Shown: one piece after another, positions 51,559-64,000 of the stretch | How the letters are laid out: each line of letters begins with the position of its first letter | Numbering within the stretch: the stretch's first letter is position 1 | Assembly (NCBI GenBank): GCA_965112155.1 | Contig: OZ218103.1 | Direction: 5' to 3' (one strand) | DNA from: Podarcis liolepis | Lineage: Eukaryota | DNA length: 64,000 nucleotides | Made by a program: the position numbers and the translations under genes | Notes under the pieces: generated by a model | The model's input: the letters and a program-made list of their open reading frames with translations, nothing else | Database searches by the model: none | Told to the model about the DNA's origin: nothing

Positions 51559-52050
51559 CCAATCTGGAATAAGAGGTGCCTCAAGTAACAATGTTAGATC
51601 CAGGAGTACCCCCAAGCTACATTCAGAACAGGCTGTCTTCCCACCTCCTGGACCTGAACATATAAAACGCCAGTCTTTCCAGGATTCAGTTTCAATTTGT
51701 TGGCTGACATCAAGCCTATCTCTGCCTCCAAACACCTGTCTAGCACCTCAACCACCTCTTCTGATTGAGATGGGTGTCATCCACATATTGGTGACCCTGC
51801 ACTCAAAGACTCCTGATGGCAGCTCTCAACATATAGATGTTAATAGCATGGGGTACAAGATGGAACTCTGCATGACACCATAGGAAAGCTCCCTTTGCAC
51901 TGAACAGTGCCCCCTCCCATAACTACTTTCTGGAAATTACTCTGGAGGTAGGAGCAGAGCCACTGCAATACAGTGTCCCCAACCCCCACCTCCCTGAGCC
52001 ACACCAGAAGGAAACAGTGGTCAATGGTATCAAAAGCCACCAAGAGGTCA
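51559..52050 (-). mobile_element. L2 LINE reverse-transcriptase fragment (decayed)
   Basis: ORF 51840..52130 contains DLLVAFDTIDHCFLL..LREVGVGDTVLQWLCSYLQ..FQKV, the L2-type RT motif; frameshifted. Confidence 0.85.
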
Positions 52051-52707
52051 AAAAAGAGGTCTAATCCGATGCATAAAGCTTTAAGCCCCATCTGTGAAAA
52101 TGATCGGTATTTAAATATCATCCTTTTCATATGTCAGCCCAACCATATTTTATAAGTTCTCAGGGACCAAGCAAGAATTATACAGTCATACTGTGAGAAC
52201 AGACTTTTTAAAACTATAGCACGGAAGAGCTTGTGTTGGAATGCCAGTGCTTTCTTTAAGAAAATGTGCTCAGCTTACGGTTGGGGGGGGGAGTTTTATC
52301 TCCTAACTACCTGCTTTGCTCAACCTGAGATCAGATCCAATTCGTGTGCCTCCTCATGTATCACCTCCAGGAAGAAAGGTTGTTCAAGCCACATTCTGAT
52401 CTTGGCTACAGATGTGGAACCTCCCTGGTACCTTCAATAAACTTAGCCTAGGTGCAATGATTGGAGTCAGTGATACGCAGGAAAGCAGGAAGAAACCTGA
52501 CAGTTATCTGAACTGTGTTTACTCTTCTGGGTTAGCTTGAGTTAAAAAATATATATTCAGCATTTGGATTATATGACTGAAAGTAACAAATAGGACCAGG
52601 CAAGCAAGAGTTATGCACTGCAGTGACACAGTTTCTACACTTGCTTTTCAAAGAGGAAATGCGGTGTACAGAAACATGGTCAGAGCGCTTATGGAAAGTA
52701 ACAATTA

Positions 52708-52952
52708 CAGTGGTACCTTGGGTTACATACGCTTCAGGTTACATACACTTCAGGTTACAGACTCCGCTAACCCAGAAATAGTACCTTGGGTTAAGAACTT
52801 TGCTTCAGGATGAGAACAGAAATCACGTGGCGGCGGCGCAGCGGCAGCAGGAGGAGGCCCCATTAGCTAAAGTGGTGCTTCAGGTTAAGAACAGTTTCAG
52901 GTTAAGAACGGACCTCTGGAACGAATTAAGTTCTTAACCCGAGGTACCACTG
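52708..52952. mobile_element. Tigger/pogo-type MITE, 245 bp
   Basis: TA|cagtggtaccttgggtta ... taacccgaggtaccactg|TA; caggttaagaac repeats. Confidence 0.9.
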
Positions 52953-54869
52953 TACTTTAGACAGACTAGGATGCCCACCTGACAACTAACCGCCAAAAAG
53001 TAAACAGCAGGGTTAAATCCATGGCCCAATAATTTTACATCCGTGGTCCGAGGCTAAAAACAAACATATAGCCCTTATAATAACAATATTACTGTTTGGA
53101 AAATGTGCCCCAACCTACAACATAATGGTTAAAAGAACAAATTGGCAGTCAATAAGGAAGTTTTTTAAAGGAAGGCTTTTCATGCCATCCAACAACGAAT
53201 ACAGCATCCATAATAAAGCAGAAGAGAATACTTGTGCAATGCAAAGCCTATTACGGGTACTGGTAGAAATACAGAATACAGAAAATTTCATTTCTGGTTC
53301 TGCAGCATGTGACAAAACCTTTGTCATATCACTTCACCTCTATCCACCTGTAAAGTGGAGTTCATTATTGTGCTACTTTCCCAAAAGGTACAAGGATTGA
53401 TTCAATTTACTGAAGCACTGTAATTAAACTTTCACATGCTCAGGGTTAATCTGTGCAGTTTAAATTTCATGCCATCTTTGTTACTATGAAATGTAAAAGG
53501 CAGAAAATCCAGTCAAGGTTTGGGTCTACAGTACCTGGCAACGCTAGTTGTAATCCTATGGTACCAAGTCACATTTAATCAACCCACAAATAATGGCTTG
53601 AGCTGTCTTACATTTCTGAGCAGCATTAATAAGTAAATAATTGGTCTGTTTGGCAAAAACTATCCCAGATATATTTACAGGATTAAAGGCTTCTAGTAGC
53701 AGATTGATTAACTGTCCCTCTATTTAAAAAAGAGTCACTGAAAGATGCCTGCTTGTTATTTTGATAATTTACTGGAGTCTTCAGTTTCATTACCTCTTGT
53801 CCAGTCTGAAACAAGCAACAGCAGTATTTTGCCAGGCAATAAGCCACTTAATGAAAGTAAATTCACTACATGCATCTTTTTATTGAGCTACATAATACTT
53901 CTAGGTAATAGTGGTAACTCTAAGCCATCAGTAAAGCAGTCTGGGAAGACTAAACAGAGGCTACCTAGGCCTAACAGTTTCAAGATACCTGAAACTGCTT
54001 GATATATTTTTTTAAGGTACCAGACATGTAACTCTACATTTGCCAATTGTGACCTTTTAGGCCAGCTCCCCAGGTCAGTGACCTGTTTATTGAAAGGTAA
54101 GCATTTACAGACCTGTACCTAGCACAACCTGAACGGTTTCTGCTATGTCTTAAATGCAACCTTAACCACATTAACTGAATCAGGTATTAACAAGGTTCTC
54201 CTTACCTATGAAGCCTCTTATTACCAACAGGTCTGAATTCAAGTCTAGAACCACACATGTGTTATTAAGAACTTGTTTCACTCATGCAACCACCCCCCTC
54301 CCCAAACATGCTTCCAAGAGAATGTGACTAAAAACAAAAGCTGTGGATTAATCAATGTATTCCAAGCAGCTATGTGAGAGCTTTCTTCAGCTTCGGTTCT
54401 GTTCTGGAATAACTTCTTGGTTGGGGCAGGGGAGAGCAGCTCAGTCTCTACACTCATTTAACCCTTGACCTCCGCCCTGCAGCTGGGGTGGTTTGCTGTC
54501 AGTCACAATATTTGTGAGTGAAGAAATGCAGACAGCTACATTAGGTATCAACCCGTAAGGCAGCCCATTTAAATCGGTTTGAGGGGAAAGCACGCACTTG
54601 ATAATGGATACCCTATAGTTCAAATCCTTAACCTGGCCAAAGGAAATTTTCCTGTACCTCCTCTCTTCGCCCTCAACACCGACTGGCATTTCTTCTCATC
54701 TTACAGTGTGAAAAACAATTCTGCATCAGATGCAAGTCTTTTTGCAAAACAGGCTGCAATGGAAATGAGGAGGCATCTGGCTTGGTCCACCCATTTAAGG
54801 CAAACCCTGTCATGCAATAAATCTGTGCGCATTTGGCAGGACCTGCTAAGCAGCTCTTAAACAGTACTT

Positions 54870-55183
54870 TCTCTCTTTTTTTAAAATGAATTTTTAAATT
54901 AAAGTTTCCATTTTCCATTTCCAAATAAACATTTTACAAACTTTAAAATATCCAATGACTTCCCTTCTTCTCCTTCCATGGTTCGTTTTACATATCATAC
55001 ATCCCTGCATATTTTACTATAAACATTCAAATCAGTTTTCCACTTTTACATCCATCAAAAAAAGTTTACTCTGTTGAATTTATCTTAGTGCTGCCAGCAT
55101 TTTCAGCTGTATACAATTATTTTCCATATATTCAATAAATGTTTTCCACTCTTCTTTAAAGGTATGTTCTTCTTGCTCTCTTA
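54870..55183 (-). mobile_element. L1-like LINE 3' end
   Basis: Minus strand reads REQEEHTFKEEWKTFIEYMENNCIQLKMLAALR* followed by an A-rich 3' UTR. Confidence 0.7.
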
Positions 55184-56954
55184 AAAACAATAGCGCTTTG
55201 AAGTCTCTCTTTTAGTACCCACAGGTACAGAAAGAGGCAAGACCAGGAGAAAAACAAGCAACACTCCTGATGAAAGCTGTAGCAAGTGCGCCTTTATTGT
55301 ACACCATTTCAGTAGCTGTTGGTTGTGAAGTGGCTTATACATCTGCAAACATACGCCAGTTCTGCCATCTCTCTGTGGTACACAGCAGTCTGGATATCAG
55401 AATTTTTATCTGCAGGAGATTGCTGCATGGGTTGGATGTGGGGGCCTGGACTCGGTTACCTTGAGGTCATTTTTGGAAGTATGTTTTATTGGGGGAACTA
55501 GCTTGGCCTGCAGTATTATGGGCACTTTTGTCCCAAACTAAGAGACAAATAGCAGTGACAACAGCAATTCATTTTATGAAAGAAATGTTGGCCAAAAGGG
55601 AACGCAAGTCGCTGATGCGCACCAGAGAAGACTTGACACAACTAGGAAGGTGTAAGCGGTAGCATGCCTCTTGACTGTTTAACCTCCTACTATTTTGTAC
55701 ACGCTGACAAGCTTACAGAGTAAGTACTTTAGCAGTTTAGATAAGACAGTCTGTGAATTTGCACCTTTAGCTCAAAATGCTCCGCTCAAGGGTCTTTCGT
55801 TCAATCTCCTATTTGAACAGTAAGGGGCAAATAGTGCTTATTTCAGCACTCACGTCCCTTTCATTCAATCCCCCTGTCAGGATAATCACAAACTGCCATC
55901 CCCACTGCTTCTTTCCCCCGTTACAAGTGGCACAAAGCAAAGCAGCTTAATGGGTCACTGTGCTGAAAATTGAAGTTAACCTCATAAAGTATGGGTATAT
56001 ATTCCCACTTGAATCACAAGCATAATTCTTGGCCCTTGGGGTCTCTCTGCTCAACCTCACAGACCGGTTGGACAAGCAAAGTTTGGTAGGCTTTTGTCTC
56101 ACCCCACCCCACCGCCATGTGCTTCATGTCTGGGACAGATTTTAATGTTCCAAAGGAAGCTCAGCACTGACCTTATTGTCAAATAATACGGAAGAAGAGC
56201 AGTCTATTAAATAACATGCCAGGCAAAAACTAGGTGCTACTGCAAAGAGCCAGTGTGGTATAATAGTTAAAAGAGTCAACATAAGGCAAATGGAACATTT
56301 AAAAGTAACCTGCAATAGTACAGCAGAGGTAAGCAGGGAGAAGGACAACAGTGTCCAAAATATCTGATAAGGGTGTTTGTATTCATCAGCATAAATTTGT
56401 CTCAGCAATGACTAATATCCAACTGGCTCTTCAAAAATACCAGAGGATGCTTTTGTCCAAGAAACATATCCTGAGGGTACACACTACTACAGACCATCCC
56501 CAGCAGAGATGGCTGGGTCAGATTGATAATATCTCTGCCCAGTTTTCTTCCCAGAGTCTAGACTACAAAAGCGTAAAAGAAACGACAACACTACGGGTCA
56601 GGGTTTAAACAGACTGCACAAACAGGTAAGACTGAATTTAAGTGGACTCCTGTTAAGCCTTTTCATCTCATTAAAGCTGCCTTCATCTTATATAGTGAGG
56701 TTTTAAATTTAATAATAGAACACTACCACACCTCATGCTAACCCGATTAACTTTAGAGTAAAGCACTATCTTGGCCATTTCATACAGATCTAAGCAGGAG
56801 ATGGGTTTGTTTGTTTTTATTTCAACATTCATCTCACTGCCCTGTTGGGTTAATAGTTCCAGCGTACTTCTGCCTGGGCTGCGCTTGTGAAATTACCAAC
56901 ACTTTTTTTTTTTTTTTGCAACATTCACTCCTTGAAAAGCCTAATGAGTACTTA

Positions 56955-57082
56955 NNNNNNNNNNNNNNNNNNNNNNNNNNNNNNNNNNNNNNNNNNNNNN
57001 NNNNNNNNNNNNNNNNNNNNNNNNNNNNNNNNNNNNNNNNNNNNNNNNNNNNNNNNNNNNNNNNNNNNNNNNNNNNNNNNNN
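56955..57082. other. Assembly gap (N run)
   Basis: 128 N bases. Confidence 1.
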
Positions 57083-58624
57083 GCTACGCATAACCATCGT
57101 TTAAACAGTCAAAAGCAAGAGTAAAAGCCTACATCCCTGCTACTTTTCAATTTCTAGGTCTTTTGTGGCTCCCAGCAAGGACAGCGATTGAGTAAAAGCT
57201 GTTGCCAACTGCTTGCTGTACCCACAAATGGAGGTTTTAATCTAATTTTTAAAATATAATTTTATTTCTAAGGGTCAAACACGAAGGTTAGTTGTAGAAG
57301 TCATAGACTTGTTGATAGACCAGGCCCCAGTCCCAAAGATGATCTGAATAGTTGCCCTATCACTACATTCTTAATTCGTGGTAAACTTTTATATCTCCTG
57401 ATCTTCTAACCATGGTTAAAGTTAGGGATGTTCCACTCTCCCATTTTCAGCATTAATCAGAGCATTGCATTATATCTGCACAAACATTAATGTCAACCAT
57501 GGTTAGCTTTAACTAGAATTTAGAAGTTCAGTTTGAAGCTGGTTTGTAAATTCTGGGATAAAAAGGCAATGCTTGTTAATGATCACCTTATTACAGATGT
57601 CACGCTTCACCATGGTTAATTCTGAAAATATGGGTGTCATGAAAGAGTTGAGAGAAGATGAAGAGAGTTCAGGAGAGCCTCACAAGAAGTTCCCAATTGC
57701 TTAAACCGTGGTTAGAAGTCCAGAAACATTGGTCCAGTTTTGCTGTCAGTAATGTGCTCTGTTCCCACTCCCTCCTCCTCTTTTTCTGCTCTTCCTGCTT
57801 TGCTATAACCATAGTTTGCATGTGAAATAAAGCAAACTCTAGTTACCCACAAACCATGATTGGCCTCCCAACCAGAAATGAAAACCATGGAATCATATTG
57901 TATGGATTCAGAAGTGAAAAAAGACAGGAAGGAAGAAATGTGCAAACACAAAGCAAGTTCCCAACCACGGGCCACAATGTCTAAACCCGAGCCATTATGT
58001 CTCCGACAGGCCTTTATGGCCAAACTTCAAGGGCATTCATGAGCACGCAGTTGAAGGATCTTGTATATAAATAAAGGGTTGGGGTCCCCCCCCCCCAGAC
58101 AAAATTTTGCACAGAGTTTTCAGAACTCCTTTAAGACAGGCTGGGATACACTGTGAATGAAATATCAGGTACTTTGGAATAATTTCCACATTAGCGGCAA
58201 TACTGCTTTACTCTTAGATGTGGTGCTAATAGCCTGTAACTATAATAATTAAAATAGACTGCTACACTCTTTCCAACTAACATCTAAAAGCATGTGTTAC
58301 AATAAATTATGAATAGTGCGCACATAAGTTACACATAAGTCTCCCTTTCCCTGCCAACTGTTGACACACACAGCTTAATCCTCTCTTTCTGAAACACACT
58401 GGAAACATGAAGAACAGCTATTTGAAATGCAAGTCCTAAATGTTCTAGCAGTCTAATTCATCATACTGCTCTATCTACCTCTTGCTGAAATTTACTCTTG
58501 TAGGAGGACCAAAATTGGTTTTGCCAAAGTCTTTAAGAAGCCAAGCGCATGAAGGGTGTTTTCATTCAAAACTGCATCTAAATTTACAAATACGTATGAC
58601 GCACTTGTATAAGAAGCCATAATT

Positions 58625-58813
58625 CAGGGGTAGCATACGTGCGTAGCATTCAGAGTGGTTCCAGGTTCGATTCCTGTTGTCCCTATTTAAATGAATCTCA
58701 GGTAGCAGGGCTTGGAAAGCCATTTGCTACTCGCAATAGATATTACTGCTTAGAGCTGACATTATTGGGCTAAATGAGCTGGATATCTGACTCAGTATAA
58801 GGCTAATTTGTTC
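58625..58813 (+). mobile_element. Old tRNA-derived SINE
   Basis: B box ggttcgattcc; 3' tctgactcagtataaggc motif. Confidence 0.6.
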
Positions 58814-58823
58814 AAAATTATAC

Positions 58824-59259
58824 TGTAGTGGTTTGGAGTTACTCGTGCGTAAACTGTCCCCTTTTGGAGCTTGGCTGCCTGGGTTAAACCGTCCTGACTG
58901 CACAGCCCATCTCAGCGTGGCTGCCTCAGTCGTTCGCAGAGTCTGTCTGTGGGCGTTTCTTAAACCGTTGCCAGCATAAGAGTTGTTTGACTCCCAATCG
59001 TCTCCGCCTCTCATTGCGCGGGAGTCTCCTGCACAAGGAGGGTGTGGGTAGTGGAGGACCAGGGCTCTCCTCACTGACTTCCAAGGAAGAATCCCGGAGC
59101 CCTTCCACCTCTTCTCCCATTTGCTCTCCTGGATCCTTGGTGTTACGCTGATTTCCTTCCCCCTCCATCAAGCTGCGTCTCCCCCTAGTGCTTGTTCCTT
59201 CCCCTGCAGAATCAGAGAGCCTCTCCTTCGCCTGTTGCTCTGATGTCAGTTTCCTGACA
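58824..59259 (-). mobile_element. Solo LTR (Gypsy-like), 436 bp
   Basis: TGT...ACA termini; perfect 5-bp TSD tatac (58819-58823, 59260-59264); CpGs retained. Confidence 0.8.
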
Positions 59260-60152
59260 TATACCTTTGGAAAGACTATTCCAGGTTAGAAGAATTGTTC
59301 CCAAATTAAGGCATCAGATATGAACAGCACTTGAAAGGACAGGGGTTTGGACCAAATTTCAGCAGTGAGAGTCATCTGTTCAGCCACCACTACAGGCCTG
59401 TCCAGACATAAAACTCCAAGAAAAAATACAACTTTTTGCCACAAAAGCTCCACCCACAGCACCAGTATATTGATATGTATAGAAGTGTATAGAATTATAC
59501 ATTGGGAAGTTTATAGAATTATGGCAAGTGTCTCTCTATGCTGAGCTATAAGGTCCAGCATTACATGCATGGGACAGATTTGGTACCCAAAACAAGCATC
59601 ACATGTTAGCAGTCAAGGTAGCACAAGGCGCAAGTGATCAATTTTGCATCTTGGATGATGGTAGGTCTCCTGGTGCCGCCACCACATCATACAACAAAAC
59701 CAGTGCTCTGATAAAAGTTTAAAGTTTCATAGTTACAGTTGGAACAGTTTCTTTCGTGTTATGCCTTCTGTACAATTCAAGTATGGGTGGGCAGGGGTAC
59801 CTGAACCATCTACATAGATAAATTTTATATATAACATTCATTCATTTACTCACTCACTCACTCACCCTTATGTTCCAGGTCAAAACACTGTTAAATATTG
59901 AACATGATTATAAACAACGGTGCCTTTGTTACCAGCAAAATATTTATCTTAGTGGTTCTTTTGAGCACACAGTAACTTTTAGAAACACTGATCTAATGCT
60001 TAGAAAAAAGAGATGTGTGATTATTTTCTAGTACCTCTGATGTATGTGTGTGTGTCCATTATTGCGGGTGGGAGACTGTTGCTACAGCCCCACCCCTTTT
60101 TGCTTAAAGATACTGTAATATGCCTGTAGTTGATGTGGTTTACCAATATGAA

Positions 60153-60271
60153 ATAGCTCAGTTGGTAGAGCATGAGACTCTTAATCTCATGGTCCTAAAT
60201 TCGAGCCCCATGTTAGGAAAAAAATTCCTGAACTGCAGGGCGTTGGAGTAGATGACTCTATGAGTCTATGA
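60153..60271 (+). mobile_element. tRNA-Lys(CTT)-derived SINE with CR1-like tail (not a functional tRNA)
   Basis: tagctcagttggtagagcatgagactcttaatctca...ttcgagcccca followed by ttcctg..ctgcaggg.gttgga.tagatgac. Confidence 0.8.
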
Positions 60272-61084
60272 GGGGCTTTGAGTTGCCGTGGCAGAAAAGC
60301 GACCGATAAATTTAATAAATGAATAAATAATAAAAGCAGTGTGGATTTTTCAGTACCAACACTGTAAATTTGTGTGTGTGTCTGTCTTCCTGATCTGGAA
60401 CTTTCCTGCAGGGGCTTATGAGGGAAGGGTTAAGAAGGTTTTACTGAGGGGTAAGATTACTGACGAATATAAATTCCATCTTGAATTTTCTAATGATTTA
60501 CAATTTTATCAGATTTACAATTTTCCTTCCCTGACAGTCACAGACCTAAGCAGCCATTCCAGAGACAAGTCAAAGGCTTGTCCCTCAAGTCAGTTGGAGC
60601 TCTGATTTTATTCTGTTACAAATACACTAACCAATACATTTTTAAAAAGCTAACAATTTCATAGTACCTCATGCTAATACAAGGCCTATTTTCCTGTTTC
60701 TCTTGTAAAGAGTAATCTGACAAGGCAGTTACACCAGTACAGCTTCAGTTTTCACACACTCACACACAAAAACACACACGCACAGAGGCTTCCCTCTTCA
60801 CCATTAGGAAACCTCTCCAGTCATTCACAGTTTTGTCAATGGCTCTTGGTGGTATCTCATGGACATACACGTTCAAAAGCCTGGCAGTGGTTACTTGCTA
60901 ACATTTACAAACATCCTTGTACAAACATACTGAGACTCTCTGCTGATCTTGCTTTGTCTAAATATATCCCAAGGAAATAGCTTGGCAGGGTTGTAAAACT
61001 TCACAGCAACCAAATTAAAAGGGGGAATGAACATGAACAAGTGTAAAACAACAGGAAAAGAAAAAAGGAAGCCTGCACACATGT

Positions 61085-61110
61085 ACACACACACACACAC
61101 ACACACACAC
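61085..61110. repeat. (CA)n microsatellite
   Basis: Direct observation. Confidence 0.95.
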
Positions 61111-62412
61111 GGAGAGAAATTTAAGGCACTGTAGCCCTGCAGTGTTTGAAAGCTTTGAGGAAACCACTTGCTTGTTAAGTCATGTTAGCACATCAAAATC
61201 GAAAACATTACAAAGAAATTTGCTGCAACTTGCATTCTATGGAATTTAAGTTTTGATGTGCTCTATTCAACAGAGCTGTCGTGTTCTGGAATAAGAAACA
61301 TAACAGGTTAGGTCTTTAGCAGCATCCCCTGTAGCGTTTCTCTTCAGCTGTCCTCTCCCCCACCCACATGAAAGCTGAAAGTGGAATATTATTCAGGATC
61401 ATGACAAAGAATTAAATGCTGACTGTACTGCCTGTACGTTCACGACGTATCATACCAAAAACCAGGTCATGCAGACATACACCCTAAAAACATGGCAAGA
61501 CAGAATACTCTTGCCAAAGATAGTTTTTCTAACTTTCTAAAGTTTGCTTTCATACTGACCAGGGTGTTCTTTCAAACTAGTAGTATGCTAAAAAGGGAGT
61601 ATGAGCAACAGCTTCATATTGCCATCTTCAGTCATTCATAATGCTAGCCAGCTGACTAGAAAATTCAACTCAGTTAAGCTGCTTAGCTCCCCTTACAACT
61701 TTTAGCATCTTTATCTATTTGTCATAAAAGCTGGTGGTAGAGAAGTGTTTTTAGAGATCATTCAAGCTATTCAGCAGCTGATTGTTTCCTTCCCCCTCCA
61801 CCCCCACCCTCCATGGATGGATAATGCTCCCAAGCGTAAGAACGCAAGATGTATACATTTGGCAGAGGAAAACAAGTGCGCTCATTTTGTGTTATGTCAA
61901 CAAAGGGATTTAATAGTATGTCAATAATCAAGCCACATAAAATACTTGGGAGATGGGTGGCATGACATACGACAGCATGTCAGCTTCAAAGCATCTTTTT
62001 CCTAAAGCACAGAAAAAGTATACTCAGCGTTTAGTGCCTTGTATTTGAGCATTTCTGCCATGTCATGATGCCTCTAAGGCCAAACACTGCAATTTTAAAG
62101 ACTTCAAATTTCAGTACAGTATATGCCAGCAACCATCCACTTTCCAGGACCATCAGTACTACGCAAGCCAAACAGGTATATGTTCAAATTCTCCAGCAGT
62201 GTTGGTGGAATAATAACTATTAAAGAACTATACTTGGAGATGATGAAGTTATCCAGAAGCAGAGACAACTGAATCTCTGTAGAAAGGAAGCACAAGGCAG
62301 TGCAATAGGGCAAGAGCGGCAAGTACAAATTTATTTTTTCACAAAGCCATCCTACTTGGGCTTCCAGGAGCACATACTCCTTGCTCAATTACCCGAGATA
62401 TGGGGTGGAATG

Positions 62413-62567
62413 CAGTGGCATAGCGTGGGGGGTGCAGGGGGGCCGGCCGCACCGGGCGCAACATCTGGGGGGAGGGCCGCTCGCACTCGCAGCTCTAAAA
62501 TCCACGGGTTAGGGGGCGCAAATTACTTGCCTTGCCCCGGGTGCTGACAACCCATGCTACGCCACTG
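62413..62567. mobile_element. GC-rich hAT-family MITE, 155 bp
   Basis: TIR cagtggcatagcgtggg / cccatgctacgccactg; perfect 8-bp TSD gtggaatg (62405-62412, 62568-62575). Confidence 0.9.
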
Positions 62568-64000
62568 GTGGAATGGGAAGGTACAAGGCTGAGTGGCGGA
62601 AGACAGCCCTTTGGGAAGTCTGCTATTCCACAGGGCCAATCCCATTCAACAAGAGAGAGGCCTCCTCATAAATTATTGCCTGCTTGGGAGTAAGGGCCTA
62701 CTCACAAGCAAAGCAACAGCGGCAGGAAGTTGGTGTGGCTTGAAAGGTAAAAAGACAAAAGAACAGGGAGATAGGGGGAAGGGAACTCTTCGTAGGCACA
62801 AGGTGAAGGAGTGGGATGCACTCTGCCCTCTTTCTCTGGCTGAGGCAAAAAGGGCCCAAGGCCTGCTCCACCCATCTAGAAGCACCCAAAGACTACATTA
62901 CCAAAGAAACCGCAACCACCCAGTACCAGAACCATCTAGGATGATTACTTTTGCTCCCAAACCTTGGACAATTGCAAACGAGCAGAAACATCACTCTGCC
63001 GATCTAGCTTGCTAGGCGTGGGTTATGGTTTTCAGCCACGCCAACCCACCAGTACAACATCCATCTCCAATCTAAACAATTTTAAAAAGTTTATGAGCTC
63101 CCAACACTGCCAGAAGGACTCAAAAAGGTTTTCACCAAAGGCACATGCAATTAGCAGGCTTAAAAATGATGTACATACACAGGTATTAATTAACTATAAA
63201 TTTTCGTCTAGTAATTCCACCAGCAGCAAACACTAGGCTCTGATCCAACAATCAATACTAGCCATTTAAAGGCTCCACCTGCCAAAAAAGTTATATAAAA
63301 TAAATATATAAAACTTTCATTAGATTCTGCAATGGCTTTAGAACAATTAATCTACCATTAATGTATCAGGCGATATTGTTTGGTTTTATTGGCATGACAA
63401 TTGACACCATCAATATTTCTTCACACCCTACACTATAGCTTCACTCCCATGCTACTCCAAGAGAGAAATTATGCCTCATTTTACTGCTGTACTGGCTCCC
63501 TCTGGGCCTGTATCTTCTGTTACTTACACACGCTTTAAAGAAAAAGCTTACAGCTCAATCTTCAGAGTTTTTAAAACAAAAGAAAAAAGCGAGGCAACAA
63601 AGCTGTTGGGAGAGGTAAATTGCCAGAGTTTCTGCAAAGTTGTGAGCATTAAAGCAGATGGGTGTTTACTCGCTGCAACACTTCTCACTTCATGTGCTAT
63701 AACCACCATGTTGCAATTACCAAGGGTCACTCTGCCACATGGCTGATCAGTATACCTCCCGTCTGGACACACACATGTACTTGCATTTCATCTCTCTTTA
63801 TGTTTAAAGATAAAAGGCATCATAAGAGGAATCTAGATGATGAAGCTCTTCAAAATCCAACCCCACCCCCGAGATTCAAAACAATATAAATAAGGGGGGG
63901 GGTGTAAAATACCACTCCTCTGAAGAAAAGAAAACAACAAAACAGCCAACACAACACAAAGTTAAACACAAATGGGCAATACACTCAACTGGGCTTTGGG

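Noticed and set aside
54200-54270. Possible small exon ending at TAG|gtaagg
   Set aside because: Poor pyrimidine tract and immediate stops; consistent with a chance pseudo-exon.
60153-60216. tRNA-Lys gene
   Set aside because: Acceptor stem and T-arm are degenerate and it runs into a CR1-like tail, so it is a SINE head.
1-64000. Most supplied six-frame ORFs as genes, and any prokaryotic system (CRISPR, operon, defence island)
   Set aside because: The sequence is vertebrate intron. The ORFs are short, often GTG/TTG-started, overlap repeats or microsatellites and have no recognisable domains; no repeat-spacer array is present.
37526-64000. SSBP3 exon 4 (VFWDLYCAAP...AFHDY) or earlier exons
   Set aside because: No such peptide found by eye; it presumably lies beyond the window, although the gap at 56955-57082 cannot be inspected.

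Overview
Vertebrate, not prokaryotic, DNA from a squamate reptile (Sauria SINEs, CR1/L2/L1 relics, tRNA-Lys SINE, hAT/Tigger/mariner MITEs; probably a lacertid lizard, which is an inference). The whole window lies inside one minus-strand gene, SSBP3 (single-stranded DNA-binding protein 3/SSDP1, cofactor of LDB1/LIM-homeodomain complexes). Eight canonical GT-AG exons (about exons 5-12; 90, 81, 60, 67, 77, 65, 49, 36 nt = 525 nt) join in frame into the Gly/Pro/Met-rich region: [30 protein letters not shown]|GPPGSQPSPHAQPPPHNPNSMMGPHSQ|[20 protein letters not shown]|PPGGVPGTQPLLPNSMDPTRQQG|HPNMGGPMQRMNPPRGMGPMGPGPQ|NYGGGMRPPPNSLGPGMPGINM|GPGAGRPWPNPNSANS|IPYSSSSPGTYV. Exons 1-4 lie beyond 64000 and exon 13 onward before base 1. 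The rest is intron with transposon relics, microsatellites and two assembly gaps; nearly all supplied ORFs are spurious. I see no convincing new standalone system. The best leads are unannotated-looking splice units in SSBP3 (an alternative acceptor adding TDPWLSLQ, a 24-nt microexon candidate, a one-donor/three-acceptor cassette), a small repeat family carrying extended CTCF-like sites, a solo LTR with an ORF open from its first codon, and a Tigger-like element carrying a decayed reading frame.
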